DNA of 64,000 bases from assembly GCA_963837955.1 (NCBI GenBank), contig CAWIPH010000001.1, positions 256,001-320,000 of the forward strand, in the 5' to 3' direction. The position numbers were made by a program, and so were the translations under genes. The stretch comes from an uncultured Verrucomicrobiae bacterium (lineage in GTDB: Bacteria; Verrucomicrobiota; Verrucomicrobiia; Chthoniobacterales; JAFAMB01). The notes beneath the pieces are model-generated. The model saw nothing but the letters and a program-made list of their open reading frames with translations. It was not told where the DNA came from and did not search any database. Position 1 is the stretch's first letter. Each line of letters starts with the position of its first letter. Positions 1-9,835 of the stretch are shown here, piece after piece.

Positions 1-825
1 GACCTCCACAGGGGGCAACCCGATAGCCAGATCGGTTTCTACCAGGATATCGCGATCTTCCATTTCTCTGCGCAGGAAGGCGACAGATTCTTCCACGATT
101 TCATTCAGATCATACGACTCGAAGGAGGGGGTCGTCGGGCGAATCGCTTGCAAGAATTGATGGATAATCGAGTCAAGACGTTGAATCTCAGCGCCTGTTA
201 CTCTCAAAAGTTCCTCGATCGAATCCCTGACCGGTTCCGGCACGCGCTTTAGTTTCCGCTGGATTAACTGCAAGTGAATATTCAGGGAGTTGAGAGGATT
301 TCCAATCTCATGAGCAACGCCGGCAGCTAGCATGGTCAGGGCCGAGAGTTTTTCGCTCTCGATAGTGCGTTCTGTACTCCGGCGATCTTCGGTGATATCC
401 CGAAGAATCACCGCGAAAGCGACGAGATCCTGCATCACGGCAGCCGATTCGGGGACGGCTTTATCCAGATGCAAAGGAGCAACGTAAAAATTAAGAAACC
501 GATGTCGGGGATAAAACAACTCAATGTCGCGGCTAACAGTGCCTTCGCTTGAACGCAAAGAGGTCCAACTCAAGCCACGCAAGAAATCATCGATCGGTTT
601 TCCTCGAGTTTCTTCCGGCTCAACCCCAAACAGGTGACCGGCAGCGGCGTTGAAGAACTGGATCTTACCCTGCACATCCGTGACAATGACTCCCTCCTGA
701 AGAGCGTCGAATATTCGCTCGAGAAACCCTTTCTCTTGAGCCAACCGGATAAGATAGTTCTGCACTTCCTCCGGTTGAACCCGGCGAATTCGCTCGATTA
801 ACTTGTCCAAAAATCCTGACTTCAT
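1..825 (-). CDS. PAS-domain sensor histidine kinase (3' end beyond window edge)
   Basis: Not in the ORF track; translated by hand from ATG at 825 (TAATG overlap with the upstream gene): MKSGFLDKLIERIRR..., PAS-like IFDALQEGVIVTDVQGKIQFFN, H-box LAAGVAHEIGNPLNSL. The frame is open to position 1. Confidence 0.9.
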   Translation of the reverse strand, partial: MKSGFLDKLIERIRRVQPEEVQNYLIRLAQEKGFLERIFDALQEGVIVTDVQGKIQFFNAAAGHLFGVEPEETRGKPIDDFLRGLSWTSLRSSEGTVSRDIELFYPRHRFLNFYVAPLHLDKAVPESAAVMQDLVAFAVILRDITEDRRSTERTIESEKLSALTMLAAGVAHEIGNPLNSLNIHLQLIQRKLKRVPEPVRDSIEELLRVTGAEIQRLDSIIHQFLQAIRPTTPSFESYDLNEIVEESVAFLRREMEDRDILVETDLAIGLPPVEV

Positions 826-1598
826 TAGAACAAGCTCAGGCTCGAAATTTTCTTCAGGGCCCCGCGATAAGTGCTGGGTGGAAGTGTCAATGCATCGGGG
901 GCAATCGATTCATCAGGCCGCCACGTTTCGACGGGAAGTGAAGGCAAAAATTGAGTGGATGCCACTTCTAATTCACCAGAAAACGCACTGCTCTTAATCC
1001 TGATATTTTCAACCTGGTAATCGCTCTGCCGCACCAATGCCTCCACCACAAACATGTCTTTTAGACCCTTTATCAATTGCGGGTCGATCCGAAATTCAAG
1101 TTTCCAGGCTGGCTGACCCGATTGATCGGTGGCCGACTCGTAACGGAGGATCTGAAACAAAGCCGGCAAGAGAACGATCTGTTGATCCCGGAACGGCAGC
1201 CGGAAATCGGGAATTGCCTGCTTGGAATCAGTCGAACGGACACCAGAGAGCAGTTGCTCACCCAAATCCTTTGGATACACCCACACGCTTTGACCATCCC
1301 GGCACAAGATGACCCGCTGGTTTTGATCATTGGTTTCGACGCGCAATTTGTCGGGAAACTGGAAACTGATTCGCATCGGGCGATTCAACAAGAGCGGAGC
1401 AAGTTGCGCACATTGGCGAATCGTAACATCGGCCAGAAGCGCTTTATTCGAAGCCTTAGAATAGAAAAGCGCCCCGTAAGGTTGAAGCAATTTTGCCAGC
1501 ACGTCGTATTTGTTTTGCGCTAGGCTAGCGCGTGGCCCAAACAGAAAAACCGCGATGGCAAAGACGCTCATCCACCGTGAAATGCTTGGCATGATCAA
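825..1598 (-). CDS. Secreted LolA-like/DUF2092-like periplasmic protein
   Basis: Signal peptide; ISFQFPDKLRVE...ILCRDGQSVWVY resembles the LolA-fold beta-sheet signature. Confidence 0.6.
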   Translation of the reverse strand: MIMPSISRWMSVFAIAVFLFGPRASLAQNKYDVLAKLLQPYGALFYSKASNKALLADVTIRQCAQLAPLLLNRPMRISFQFPDKLRVETNDQNQRVILCRDGQSVWVYPKDLGEQLLSGVRSTDSKQAIPDFRLPFRDQQIVLLPALFQILRYESATDQSGQPAWKLEFRIDPQLIKGLKDMFVVEALVRQSDYQVENIRIKSSAFSGELEVASTQFLPSLPVETWRPDESIAPDALTLPPSTYRGALKKISSLSLF

Positions 1599-1821
1599 AA
1601 GAGTACGAAGAAGTACGAAAGAATTTGTGAGTTCGGGCGTTCGACGGTTATAGAATGATGAAACTTAATCTAGGAAATCTATTCGGCCAGTGCGCTTCGA
1701 GGTAACGGAACGCCGAATTCCTGCACCCTTACCGCGAGTAATGAATTTAAACTCTTGTATAAAGCGGTTGGCTCTTTCCGTATTTCCCAGTATCCTTGCC
1801 CGAAAGATCGCTTAAGGAGCT

Positions 1822-2586
1822 GTGTTGGCACCAATTGTGTTGCTTGCTGCCCCGTCCGGTGGCTTAATTTACGCTTTCACGGAAGCAACTTTCGAAGGAA
1901 AACTCGTCCTTCTGGCTCTCTTCGTCGCCTCGATCTTCAGTTGGTCCGTGATGGTGACCAAGATGCGAGTAGTTCGGCTCTCCCGCAAGAAGAACGACCA
2001 GTTCCTTCAGCGGTTCCGGTCGGAACGGCAGCCGCTGCGAATTTACGAGTCCAAAGTCCGGTTCGATGGTTCTCCGCTGTACGCCATTTACCGAGCTGGA
2101 TGTCGTGAGCTCACATTTCATCTGATGGGCGCAAGCGAAGTGGACGACACTTTCTGGGCAAGACTTGAGATCGCAGAGCGGATCACTCCGGCGCAGATGC
2201 GAGTCGTGACGACTTCGATGGAGCGAGCCGTCGGCGAATCCGCGCTTCGGTTGGAGGCGCAGATGATCCTGTTGGCCACCGCCGTGAGCGGTGCTCCCTT
2301 TTTGGGCCTGCTAGGTACCGTTTGGGGCGTCATGGATACCTTTTCCGGTGTCGCGATTGCGGGTTCGGCAAACTTGGCTGCAATGGCTCCAGGTGTCTCT
2401 GGCGCGCTCATCACCACCGTCACGGGCCTGCTTGTCGCCATTCCCGCAATGTTCGGTTACAACTTTCTCGTCACCAGCATTCGGTCGCTTATTGTGCAAA
2501 ACGACAACTTCGCCGCGGAACTTGCCTCCGAGTTTGAGCATAAATATGTGAACCACGGAGTTCGGCCCGCCTTTGTTACGAAATAG
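1822..2586 (+). CDS. MotA/TolQ/ExbB proton channel protein
   Basis: LATAVSGAPFLGLLGTVWGVMDTF...APGVSGALITTVTGLLVAIPA signature. Confidence 0.95.
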   Translation: MLAPIVLLAAPSGGLIYAFTEATFEGKLVLLALFVASIFSWSVMVTKMRVVRLSRKKNDQFLQRFRSERQPLRIYESKVRFDGSPLYAIYRAGCRELTFHLMGASEVDDTFWARLEIAERITPAQMRVVTTSMERAVGESALRLEAQMILLATAVSGAPFLGLLGTVWGVMDTFSGVAIAGSANLAAMAPGVSGALITTVTGLLVAIPAMFGYNFLVTSIRSLIVQNDNFAAELASEFEHKYVNHGVRPAFVTK

Positions 2587-2597
2587 AATACACTGCG

Positions 2598-3017
2598 ATG
2601 CGACGTTTTTCAGATCGGCCGACCCTGCAAACGCTTACTGAGATCAACGTTACGCCGCTGCTCGATCTCGCATTCGTTCTACTCATCATTTTCATTATCA
2701 CGACGCCGCTCATGGAAAAGAGCGTGAATCTTGAGGTTCCAACCAGCGGAGCAGCGGATCAATCGGTCGATCATTCCGAGGTTCAGACCATTGGTATGGA
2801 TAGAGATAACGTGATCACTTTGAACGACGAAATCGTGGATCTACCGACGCTGGAAACGAGGTTGATCTCCATCCGGGCAGAAAAACCGGAAGCGCCGGTG
2901 ATTGTTCGACCGGACAAATCCCTCAGCGTGCAACAGTTGGTCAGCGTCATGGACGTGTTGCAGCGGGCGAAGATTTCGAAAGTGGGCGTAGCGACTCGTT
3001 CCGAGCGACCCGAATGA
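2598..3017 (+). CDS. ExbD/TolR family protein
   Basis: [25 protein letters not shown] motif with the conserved Asp; VIVRPDK...[15 protein letters not shown]. Confidence 0.95.
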   Translation: MRRFSDRPTLQTLTEINVTPLLDLAFVLLIIFIITTPLMEKSVNLEVPTSGAADQSVDHSEVQTIGMDRDNVITLNDEIVDLPTLETRLISIRAEKPEAPVIVRPDKSLSVQQLVSVMDVLQRAKISKVGVATRSERPE

Positions 3018-4075
3018 CGGAGGACGATGATCGCCGGCCGACCGAGCACGGCGGATTCCGCCTAAACTTTGCACTGATCGCCGCGCTTCATTTGGTTGTC
3101 CTGGGAGCCATTCTGCTTCTCGCCATTTTCCCCTCCCGAAAAAAGGAGGAAAACGTAGTCTGGATGAACCCGGGATCCTTTGCGTCCGGTAGTCCAGCAG
3201 TCGATTCAGCCCAAGCAGGTGGCAGCCCAGACAACGCCGCCGGTCAGAAAGAAAATTTGCCGCAGCCCGAGTCGACCCCCTCGCCACCGCCAGCGGTAAC
3301 CTCGACACCTCCTCCGGTTGTGCCGGAGCCAACCGTTGAGATACCGAAGAACACTCCCACTCCAAAACCGACGGTTCAGGTCACACCCTCTGCGCCGCCG
3401 AATCTAATAACTCCGAAACCCACGCCGACACCGACCGCTAGACCGACGCAGTCCGCTACGCCGAAACCAACCGCAACTTCTACTCCTAAACCAACACCTA
3501 AGCCGACTCCAAAGCCCACGCCTAAACCGACGCCAAAGCCGACCGCCAAACCGTCAGCAAAGCCGACCACGGAACAAAGCAGTACACCCAAACCGAAGGG
3601 AAGCGAAAGTCCGGAGCACAAATCGCCGACCAGCCCGAAGAAGGACGAGCAAAAGACAGCAAAAAATGAGAGCACCCCTTCTGCAACACCTCACAAGCCG
3701 GAAAATGAGGGAGGCCCGAACAAGGGATCAAAGACCAGTCCGCCGAATGGCACGAATGGCAACGGCAACGGCTCAGCTCCGGGCGACGGTGAAGCAAATT
3801 TCGGTCTGTACGCCGAGATCATCAAAAACCGATTCGATGGAGCTTGGAATCAGCCACACGGTCAAATCCCGGCAGGAAGTGCTCTCGTGGTGACGGTTCA
3901 TCTCAAGATTGAGCCGGATGGCGCAGTGACGGACTTCTCGATTGTGGAAGGGTCCGGCAATTCCGTGGTGGACGAGACCGTCAAAGAAGCAGGACACAAA
4001 ATCACGCGACTACCGCCGCCCCCCGGCGGCAATACGTTTGCCCCGACCATCCGATTTGAGCTTCGGAATGAGTAA
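3014..4075 (+). CDS. TonB/TolA-like energy transducer
   Basis: N-terminal TM with His (AALHLVV), long TPKP-repeat linker, C-terminal TonB_2/TolA-like domain ([10 protein letters not shown]...IEPDGAV...SGNSVVDE); ATGA overlap with the exbD/tolR gene. Confidence 0.85.
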   Translation: MTEDDDRRPTEHGGFRLNFALIAALHLVVLGAILLLAIFPSRKKEENVVWMNPGSFASGSPAVDSAQAGGSPDNAAGQKENLPQPESTPSPPPAVTSTPPPVVPEPTVEIPKNTPTPKPTVQVTPSAPPNLITPKPTPTPTARPTQSATPKPTATSTPKPTPKPTPKPTPKPTPKPTAKPSAKPTTEQSSTPKPKGSESPEHKSPTSPKKDEQKTAKNESTPSATPHKPENEGGPNKGSKTSPPNGTNGNGNGSAPGDGEANFGLYAEIIKNRFDGAWNQPHGQIPAGSALVVTVHLKIEPDGAVTDFSIVEGSGNSVVDETVKEAGHKITRLPPPPGGNTFAPTIRFELRNE

Positions 4076-4181
4076 ATTTTCTGCATTTTTGGGTGTGAAG
4101 ACACGTCTACTGCTGAGGATCCACGGCTCCCATTCCGTTTGCTTCTTTCGATCGCATTTGATTAGTTAACGCCACAAAACC

Positions 4182-7100
4182 ATGCCCGACGCCGAGAACT
4201 ACCAGCACTATCAAGTACTCCGGCGGGAGGATGGCTCTCTATGGGAGCTGGGCCGAGGGGCGATGGGTATCACCTACAAGGCATTCGATACCAACCTTCG
4301 GTGCACAGTCGCGCTCAAGGTTATTAATAATACCTACCTCGACAGCGAGGTAGCTCGCCAGCGGTTCCTGCGTGAAGCCCGCGCCGCCGCTGCGCTGCGC
4401 CACCAGAACGTAGCCTCGGTGTTCCATCTCGGAACGGACCACGACAGCTACTTCTACGCGATGGAGTTCATCGACGGCCAAACCGTGGACGCCTACATGG
4501 CTGAAAAGGGGCATATCGAACCGATCGAGGCACTCCGAATCTGTCTACAGGTGACCCGGGCATTAGCGGCCGCGGCTCGACAGCAACTGGTACATCGCGA
4601 TTTGAAGCCCGCGAATCTGATGCTGGTCGACGAAGATGGCGAGAAGATCGTCAAAGTGATTGATTTCGGGCTGGCCAAAAGCGCGAAACGAGAAGGAGAA
4701 GATTCTGGAACCCTCACGATCGCTGGGGGGTTCGTCGGCACACCGCATTTCGCTAGTCCGGAGCAGCTGGAGGAGCGAGACATCGACATCCGGTCAGACA
4801 TCTATTCTCTCGGGGCAACGCTCTACTACATGCTGACAGGCCGTCCCCCTTACTCTGGTTCTGTGGCTCAGATCATGAGCCAACATCTTTACAAACCGAT
4901 CCCGACCGAACCACTGGCTGATGTTCCGCCCTGCGTCACTGCGCTGATCCAAATGATGATGCAGAAAGATCGCGATAAGCGCCCGCAAACGCCCGCGGAA
5001 CTGCGTCGAGAAATTGTCAGTTGCATGGAGCAGCTGCAAGGCTCAGGCAGCACAACGATACCAAGTGAAGCGGCCTCTGGAGCTGCTTCCGCCGTCGAAG
5101 CACCGGTAGAAAAAACGGTTATCGCAGATGTAGAAACGACACCAGACGAGCCCCTGACTCGGGAAGCGGTCTTAGGTCGACGTTACCAGCTGATTCGGGA
5201 GTTGGACGAAGTTCCCCAAGGCCGCAAATTCTTGGCTTACGATCTGCGACAGAGCCGCCAAGTCACTCTCCTGATTTTTAGTGCCGGATTCTTAGCCGAC
5301 AAAGCGCGGTTCACGTCGTTGGAAGAAGAAGTAAATCGGCTCCAGGCGGCTAATCACGCGTCCTTGCGTCAGGTCTATTCTCTAGAGAGTACCGCGCATC
5401 ATTCTTTTCTGGTTCAGGAATGGGTTGTTGGTCCGACCCTGCTGGACGTTCTGCGAGCCAGGAGCGCACTGAGTGGACCGGAGGTCGTCAGATTACTCAA
5501 CCAGCTGGCGCCATTGGCAGATCACGCGACGCAGAAAAACCTGCAGACGGTGGATATTACGCTGAGCGGCGTCCAATTGACCCATCCGGGTCTGATCCAA
5601 GCGGCCATTTCAACTCAACTTTTGCAGAAGCCCCTTTCCGGCTGGGGAGGACTGACTGTTAAGGTCGCTGCGCTAGATTTTTCCTCGTCGGGTCAATCTG
5701 CCGATCAGGCGACGTGGGCCGGCTCGGCGACCCTGGTTCAAGGTGCTGGTACTGGCGGCGGTCCCCGGGGAAGCTATCTGCGGTTGCTAAGTCTGCTGGC
5801 ATACGAGCTCCTTGGGGGACAACGTAGCGTGGTGGAAACGACCGGACGCATTAGTCCGGTGGCCAGCCTGACCGAAGGAGGCAATGTCGTAGTCCGCCGA
5901 GGTATTACCGACGATTACCCGGGAGCGGCCGCTATGCTGGTGGAACTCCGCGAAATCGTCGGCGGTGCGGAACCGACAGTTGCTCCGATCGCAGCAGCAG
6001 CGCCAGAACCGGACTACGAGCCGGAACCAGACCTATCGCACAGCACCTCTGGAGGCGGGATCACCTCCGTACCCATACCGGTCAGTCGGCCGATTATCCC
6101 CGCTGTCGCGGATCAAACGAGTGTTCCACCGCCCTTGCCTTCCACCGAGCCTCGACCGGGTGAGACCGTCGCTCCAGATACTCCCCGTCGTCGGGTTTCG
6201 ACCGTTGGAGTCATCCTGGCCGGAGCGCTCGCCCTTCTGTTGATCGGGGTACTTGCGCTGGGAGGCTTTCTAGTCTTGCGCTTCTCCGGGCAAGGTCAGG
6301 CGACTCCGACGCCCACACCGATCGTCAAAGTAACGCCAAAATCAACACCGATCGTCCAAGCTACACCCACACCGAGACCAACCAGCAGCACACTCTCAAC
6401 CCCTTCACCTAAGCCAACAGCAATAGTTGAAAGCACGCCTACGGCGACCCCGCCTCCGACCGCCGCCCCATCACCGGTGGAAACTCGGGAAGCAATTCTG
6501 CAGCGACAACTCGATTCCACCGCTGAGTTGGTAAAGAACGGAGATTGGGCTTCCGCAATGAAGCGCTACATCGAACTGGCTAACCAATACCCAGATGTGA
6601 ATGCGCCCCGAGAAAAGCTCGAAAACCTGGTCGCCGAAGTACGATCGAGCAAAAAGATTGGCACAGCGAATATCCAGGAATACCAATCTAACCTTGAGCA
6701 GGCGGCGGACCTAGGCAGCATCCAAGCGATGTTGCTCTTAGGCGAGAACATGCGTCAGAACGATCAGGAATATGCCCTGCGTTGGTTTGAGGCTGCAGCA
6801 GCCAAGGGCAACGATCACGCCAAGGTTCAGGCAGGGTTGGTGTTATCGAATCGACGTGGAGACGGCGATGCGGCCCGCGCCTTTGAATATTTCAAGTCGG
6901 CTGCAGACAATGGCAATAGCGAGGGAAAATTCTGCGCTGGCGAATGTTACTATCTCGGAAAGGGAACCACCGTTGATATTCCGAAGGCGCTCGCGCTGTT
7001 ACAAGAAGCTGCGGCGATGCATGAACCTCGGGCGATGGATTTACTCGGCACCCATTTCCGGCGAGCGAAAGATTTCCAAAAAGCCAGAGCTTACTTCGAG

Positions 7101-7385
7101 GAAGCCACGCAACTTGGCTTCATCCGGTCGATGGTGAACCTGGGTGTACTGTATCTGCAGGGAGAAGGAGTAACCCAAAACTATCAGACCGCAGTCAGTC
7201 TGTTTAAGAAAGGAGCCGAACGCTCCGACAGTTATGGCATGTTTTTCTATGCTGAATGTCTCGCCGAGGGTAAAGGCGTAACGAAAGATTTTGCCGCAGC
7301 AAGCGAGTGGGCAAAAAAGGCGGCCCAAGCGGGCAATCCCCTCGCAGTCCAATGGTGCAAGGCGAAGAATATCAGTTATCAATGA
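4182..7385 (+). CDS. Membrane Hanks-type Ser/Thr kinase with second degenerate kinase domain and C-terminal SEL1 repeats
   Basis: LGRGAMG, VALK, HRDLKPAN, DFGLAK, GTPHFASPEQ motifs; second kinase-like domain lacks HRD/DFG; TM (VILAGALALLLIGVLALGG); SEL1 repeats (LGVLYLQGEGVTQNYQTAVSLFKKGAE). Confidence 0.93.
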   Translation: MPDAENYQHYQVLRREDGSLWELGRGAMGITYKAFDTNLRCTVALKVINNTYLDSEVARQRFLREARAAAALRHQNVASVFHLGTDHDSYFYAMEFIDGQTVDAYMAEKGHIEPIEALRICLQVTRALAAAARQQLVHRDLKPANLMLVDEDGEKIVKVIDFGLAKSAKREGEDSGTLTIAGGFVGTPHFASPEQLEERDIDIRSDIYSLGATLYYMLTGRPPYSGSVAQIMSQHLYKPIPTEPLADVPPCVTALIQMMMQKDRDKRPQTPAELRREIVSCMEQLQGSGSTTIPSEAASGAASAVEAPVEKTVIADVETTPDEPLTREAVLGRRYQLIRELDEVPQGRKFLAYDLRQSRQVTLLIFSAGFLADKARFTSLEEEVNRLQAANHASLRQVYSLESTAHHSFLVQEWVVGPTLLDVLRARSALSGPEVVRLLNQLAPLADHATQKNLQTVDITLSGVQLTHPGLIQAAISTQLLQKPLSGWGGLTVKVAALDFSSSGQSADQATWAGSATLVQGAGTGGGPRGSYLRLLSLLAYELLGGQRSVVETTGRISPVASLTEGGNVVVRRGITDDYPGAAAMLVELREIVGGAEPTVAPIAAAAPEPDYEPEPDLSHSTSGGGITSVPIPVSRPIIPAVADQTSVPPPLPSTEPRPGETVAPDTPRRRVSTVGVILAGALALLLIGVLALGGFLVLRFSGQGQATPTPTPIVKVTPKSTPIVQATPTPRPTSSTLSTPSPKPTAIVESTPTATPPPTAAPSPVETREAILQRQLDSTAELVKNGDWASAMKRYIELANQYPDVNAPREKLENLVAEVRSSKKIGTANIQEYQSNLEQAADLGSIQAMLLLGENMRQNDQEYALRWFEAAAAKGNDHAKVQAGLVLSNRRGDGDAARAFEYFKSAADNGNSEGKFCAGECYYLGKGTTVDIPKALALLQEAAAMHEPRAMDLLGTHFRRAKDFQKARAYFEEATQLGFIRSMVNLGVLYLQGEGVTQNYQTAVSLFKKGAERSDSYGMFFYAECLAEGKGVTKDFAAASEWAKKAAQAGNPLAVQWCKAKNISYQ

Positions 7386-7416
7386 GGCGCGCGGGCGTTC
7401 GCGGAGTTCCGCAGCC

Positions 7417-7467
7417 CCATGAGTCCATGGGTCTTATGGGTCCCATGAGACCTATGAGTCCCATGAG
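7417..7467. repeat. Degenerate 9-bp tandem repeat (CCATGAGTC-like)
   Basis: ccatgagt-ccatgggtc-ttatgggtc-ccatgagac-ctatgagtc-ccatgag; related tract at 13227-13266. Confidence 0.8.
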
Positions 7468-7557
7468 CCGCTTACCCCCGTCCTTGCCTACAAAAGCCGC
7501 CTAAATCCGTTCTTGTACGCTTTGGGCGAGCCCATTAACCTCAGGACCCTATCTTTT

Positions 7558-8073
7558 ATGATGAACGGAAGTTTGATTAAGACCGTCGCGATGCTCTTGG
7601 TGTTGGGCCTCGCCGTTACCGGGTGTGAAAATATGTCGCCGGAAACGACCGGCGTAGTCGCCGGTGTTCTCGCTGGAACCGCGGCCGGCGGAATCGCCAA
7701 AGCAGCAGGTGCCAGCAATTCTACTGCAGTGGCTGTTGGCCTGGGCACTGGAGCAGCCGTTGGCGTTATGGCCTATGTGATTGCGAAACATGAGGCGACC
7801 GAAAGACAGCGGCGGATCGCAGAAGAGCGAGCGCGCTTGGCCTATCAAAAAATGTCAGCCGAACGTCGGACCGAAGTAAAGAAACACCGGTACATAGCCG
7901 TGGCGACCTCTCGGGAAAAGAATTCCACCGGCGCAAAAAGCGTGATGGTCTACGACACGCAGACCGAACAAGTTGTCGGTAACAACGTCTATGACGTGAA
8001 GAGCCCGCCGAAAGATGGTCAGGTATCAAAGTTTGATACCTACTCCGCTGAGTACGTTGGTACCGGAGGGTAA
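7558..8073 (+). CDS. Glycine-zipper lipoprotein
   Basis: Lipobox LAVTGC; glycine zipper GVVAGVLAGTAAGG...GLGTGAAVG; C-terminal domain similar to 14100..14540. Confidence 0.8.
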   Translation: MMNGSLIKTVAMLLVLGLAVTGCENMSPETTGVVAGVLAGTAAGGIAKAAGASNSTAVAVGLGTGAAVGVMAYVIAKHEATERQRRIAEERARLAYQKMSAERRTEVKKHRYIAVATSREKNSTGAKSVMVYDTQTEQVVGNNVYDVKSPPKDGQVSKFDTYSAEYVGTGG

Positions 8074-8102
8074 AACTCGAGAGCCGGAAGACAGAATACT
8101 AC

Positions 8103-8733
8103 GGTAGGGCGAAAACCTCGGCGCGCTGGGAACGTTGCAGTACTGTTTCGTAATTCGCGCCGGGTTTGAGCCGTCTCCTGGGTCAATATTGCGAACAGGC
8201 GAACCAACCCCTGGGCTAGGCCGCAAACGGCTCAAGCCAATCCGGCGCCTGCCGGATTAGGCGTTTCGCCCTAGCAATGGGGTGGGTCGTGCGCCGCGGA
8301 TCGCGAGGACGCGATCCCTCCCCGCCGATCGGTAGGGCGAAAACCTCGGCGCGCTGGGAACGTTGCAGCACTGTTTCGCAATTCGCGCCGGGTTTGAGCC
8401 GTCTCCTGGGTCGATATTGCGAACAGGCGAAAGCAACCCCTGGGGTAGACCGCATACGGCTCAAGCCAATCCGGCGCCTGCCGGATTAGGCGTTCGCCCT
8501 ACCAATCTGGGGTGGGTCGTGCGCCGCGGATCCCGAGGACGCGATCCTCCCCGCCGATCGGTAGGGCGAAAACCTCGGCGCGCTGGGAACGTTGCAGTAC
8601 CGTTTCGTAATTCGCGCCGGGTTTGAGCCGTCTCCTGGGTCGATATTGCGAACAGGCGAAACCAACCCCTGGGGTAGGCCGCAAACGGCTCAAGCCAATC
8701 CGGCGCCTGCCGGATTAGGCATTTCGCCCTACC
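8103..8733. repeat. Tandem array of three ~173-bp palindromic elements (GGTAGGGCGAAA...TTCGCCCTACC) separated by a truncated ~54-bp hairpin repeat
   Basis: Copies at 8103-8275, 8331-8503 and 8560-8733; period 228/229 bp; near-identical. Confidence 0.95.
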
Positions 8734-8819
8734 AATCTGGGGTGGTAGTCACCCGCCCCCTGACGGTATTCCGTATTCCACTCGCTAGCATATCGCTCCA
8801 AACCGCGGAGATTGGAGCT

Positions 8820-9749
8820 ATGCGATTTCAGGAGCGATCTTTTGATGAGAGCGGCCATCGTTTCACCGAGCTGGTCGATCAAGCAAGCGGTTTTCGCATT
8901 TTGGCCGATCATGCGGGAGCCGAACTGACTAGCATCGCCCGCAAAAACCCGAGCGGCGAGCCGTACGGTTATCTTTACCGCGATGGTGATTTTTCGGCAC
9001 CGCCGGACGGGTGGAAAAATCATGCCACCGTCATGGGATACTATATCCATCGCTTGCTTGGGGAACGTTCGCTCTACGAGGGCGACGAAATTCGCGGCGG
9101 AAACCACAGTTTTCTACGAACCAAGCAATTTGCCGATCCAGAAATCGTTCTGAACGACCGCGCCACGATGCGGTTTCACTTGCCCAGCAGCCAAATCGAA
9201 AAGTCCGAGTATCCGAGGAAAGTGGATTTCTGGCTCGACTACAGCTTGGCAGAGAATCATCTCGAGGTTCGGTTTACGTTCAAAAACTTAGAGGCCGATC
9301 GCCCGGCACATCTTAGCTTCGGATTGCATCCTGGGTTCGCGGTGAGTTCGATCGAAAATGCCCGAGTAATCCTCCCTCGGGGGAAATATCGCCGCTATCT
9401 CGCCCCTGGAAATTTTCTCAGCGGCGAAACAGTGGAGTTTGCCTCACCCGGTGGCACGATGTCCTTTCGGCCTTTTGAGCTTCCCGACTCTTTTCTGATC
9501 GAGCCATTGGATTGGGATGAATCCATCGTCCGCCTGCACGATTACGCCACAAATCGTGAGGTTGAGGTGGATCTAGCTGAAACGCCGTTCTTTACAATCT
9601 GGAGCGATCTTCATCCCTTCATCTGTATCGAGCCATGTTGGGGTTTGCCAGATCATCACCAGCAAGAGCCCTTCGAGCAGAAGATCGGTATTCAAGTGGT
9701 GCCGCCCCAGGGCACTTTCACCCGGAGCTGCAGCTTTCGATTTCACTAG
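8820..9749 (+). CDS. Aldose 1-epimerase (galactose mutarotase-like) family protein
   Basis: GAELTSI, SFGLHPGF, FICIEPCWG motifs. Start set at ATG 8820 because the upstream ORF extension lies in the repeat array. Confidence 0.85.
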   Translation: MRFQERSFDESGHRFTELVDQASGFRILADHAGAELTSIARKNPSGEPYGYLYRDGDFSAPPDGWKNHATVMGYYIHRLLGERSLYEGDEIRGGNHSFLRTKQFADPEIVLNDRATMRFHLPSSQIEKSEYPRKVDFWLDYSLAENHLEVRFTFKNLEADRPAHLSFGLHPGFAVSSIENARVILPRGKYRRYLAPGNFLSGETVEFASPGGTMSFRPFELPDSFLIEPLDWDESIVRLHDYATNREVEVDLAETPFFTIWSDLHPFICIEPCWGLPDHHQQEPFEQKIGIQVVPPQGTFTRSCSFRFH

Positions 9750-9835
9750 CAGTAGTCGAAAGCCTGGTGTAGCCCGAATCTTTTAGAGATACCGAACAAC
9801 TTGGGCCGGAAAAATCGGTTTATTAATTCGCCCGC

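Noticed and set aside
3400..3570. DNA tandem repeat or contingency locus
   Set aside because: It is a codon-degenerate TPKP protein linker typical of TonB/TolA proteins.
8103..8733. CRISPR array
   Set aside because: Units are ~229 bp and near-identical throughout, with no unique spacers and no cas genes.
8592..8819. N-terminal extension of the aldose epimerase and other ORFs inside repeats (8026-8693, 29263-29589, 38807-39259, 42673-43529, 48244-48551)
   Set aside because: These are translations of palindromic repeats; the same pseudo-peptides recur wherever the repeat occurs.
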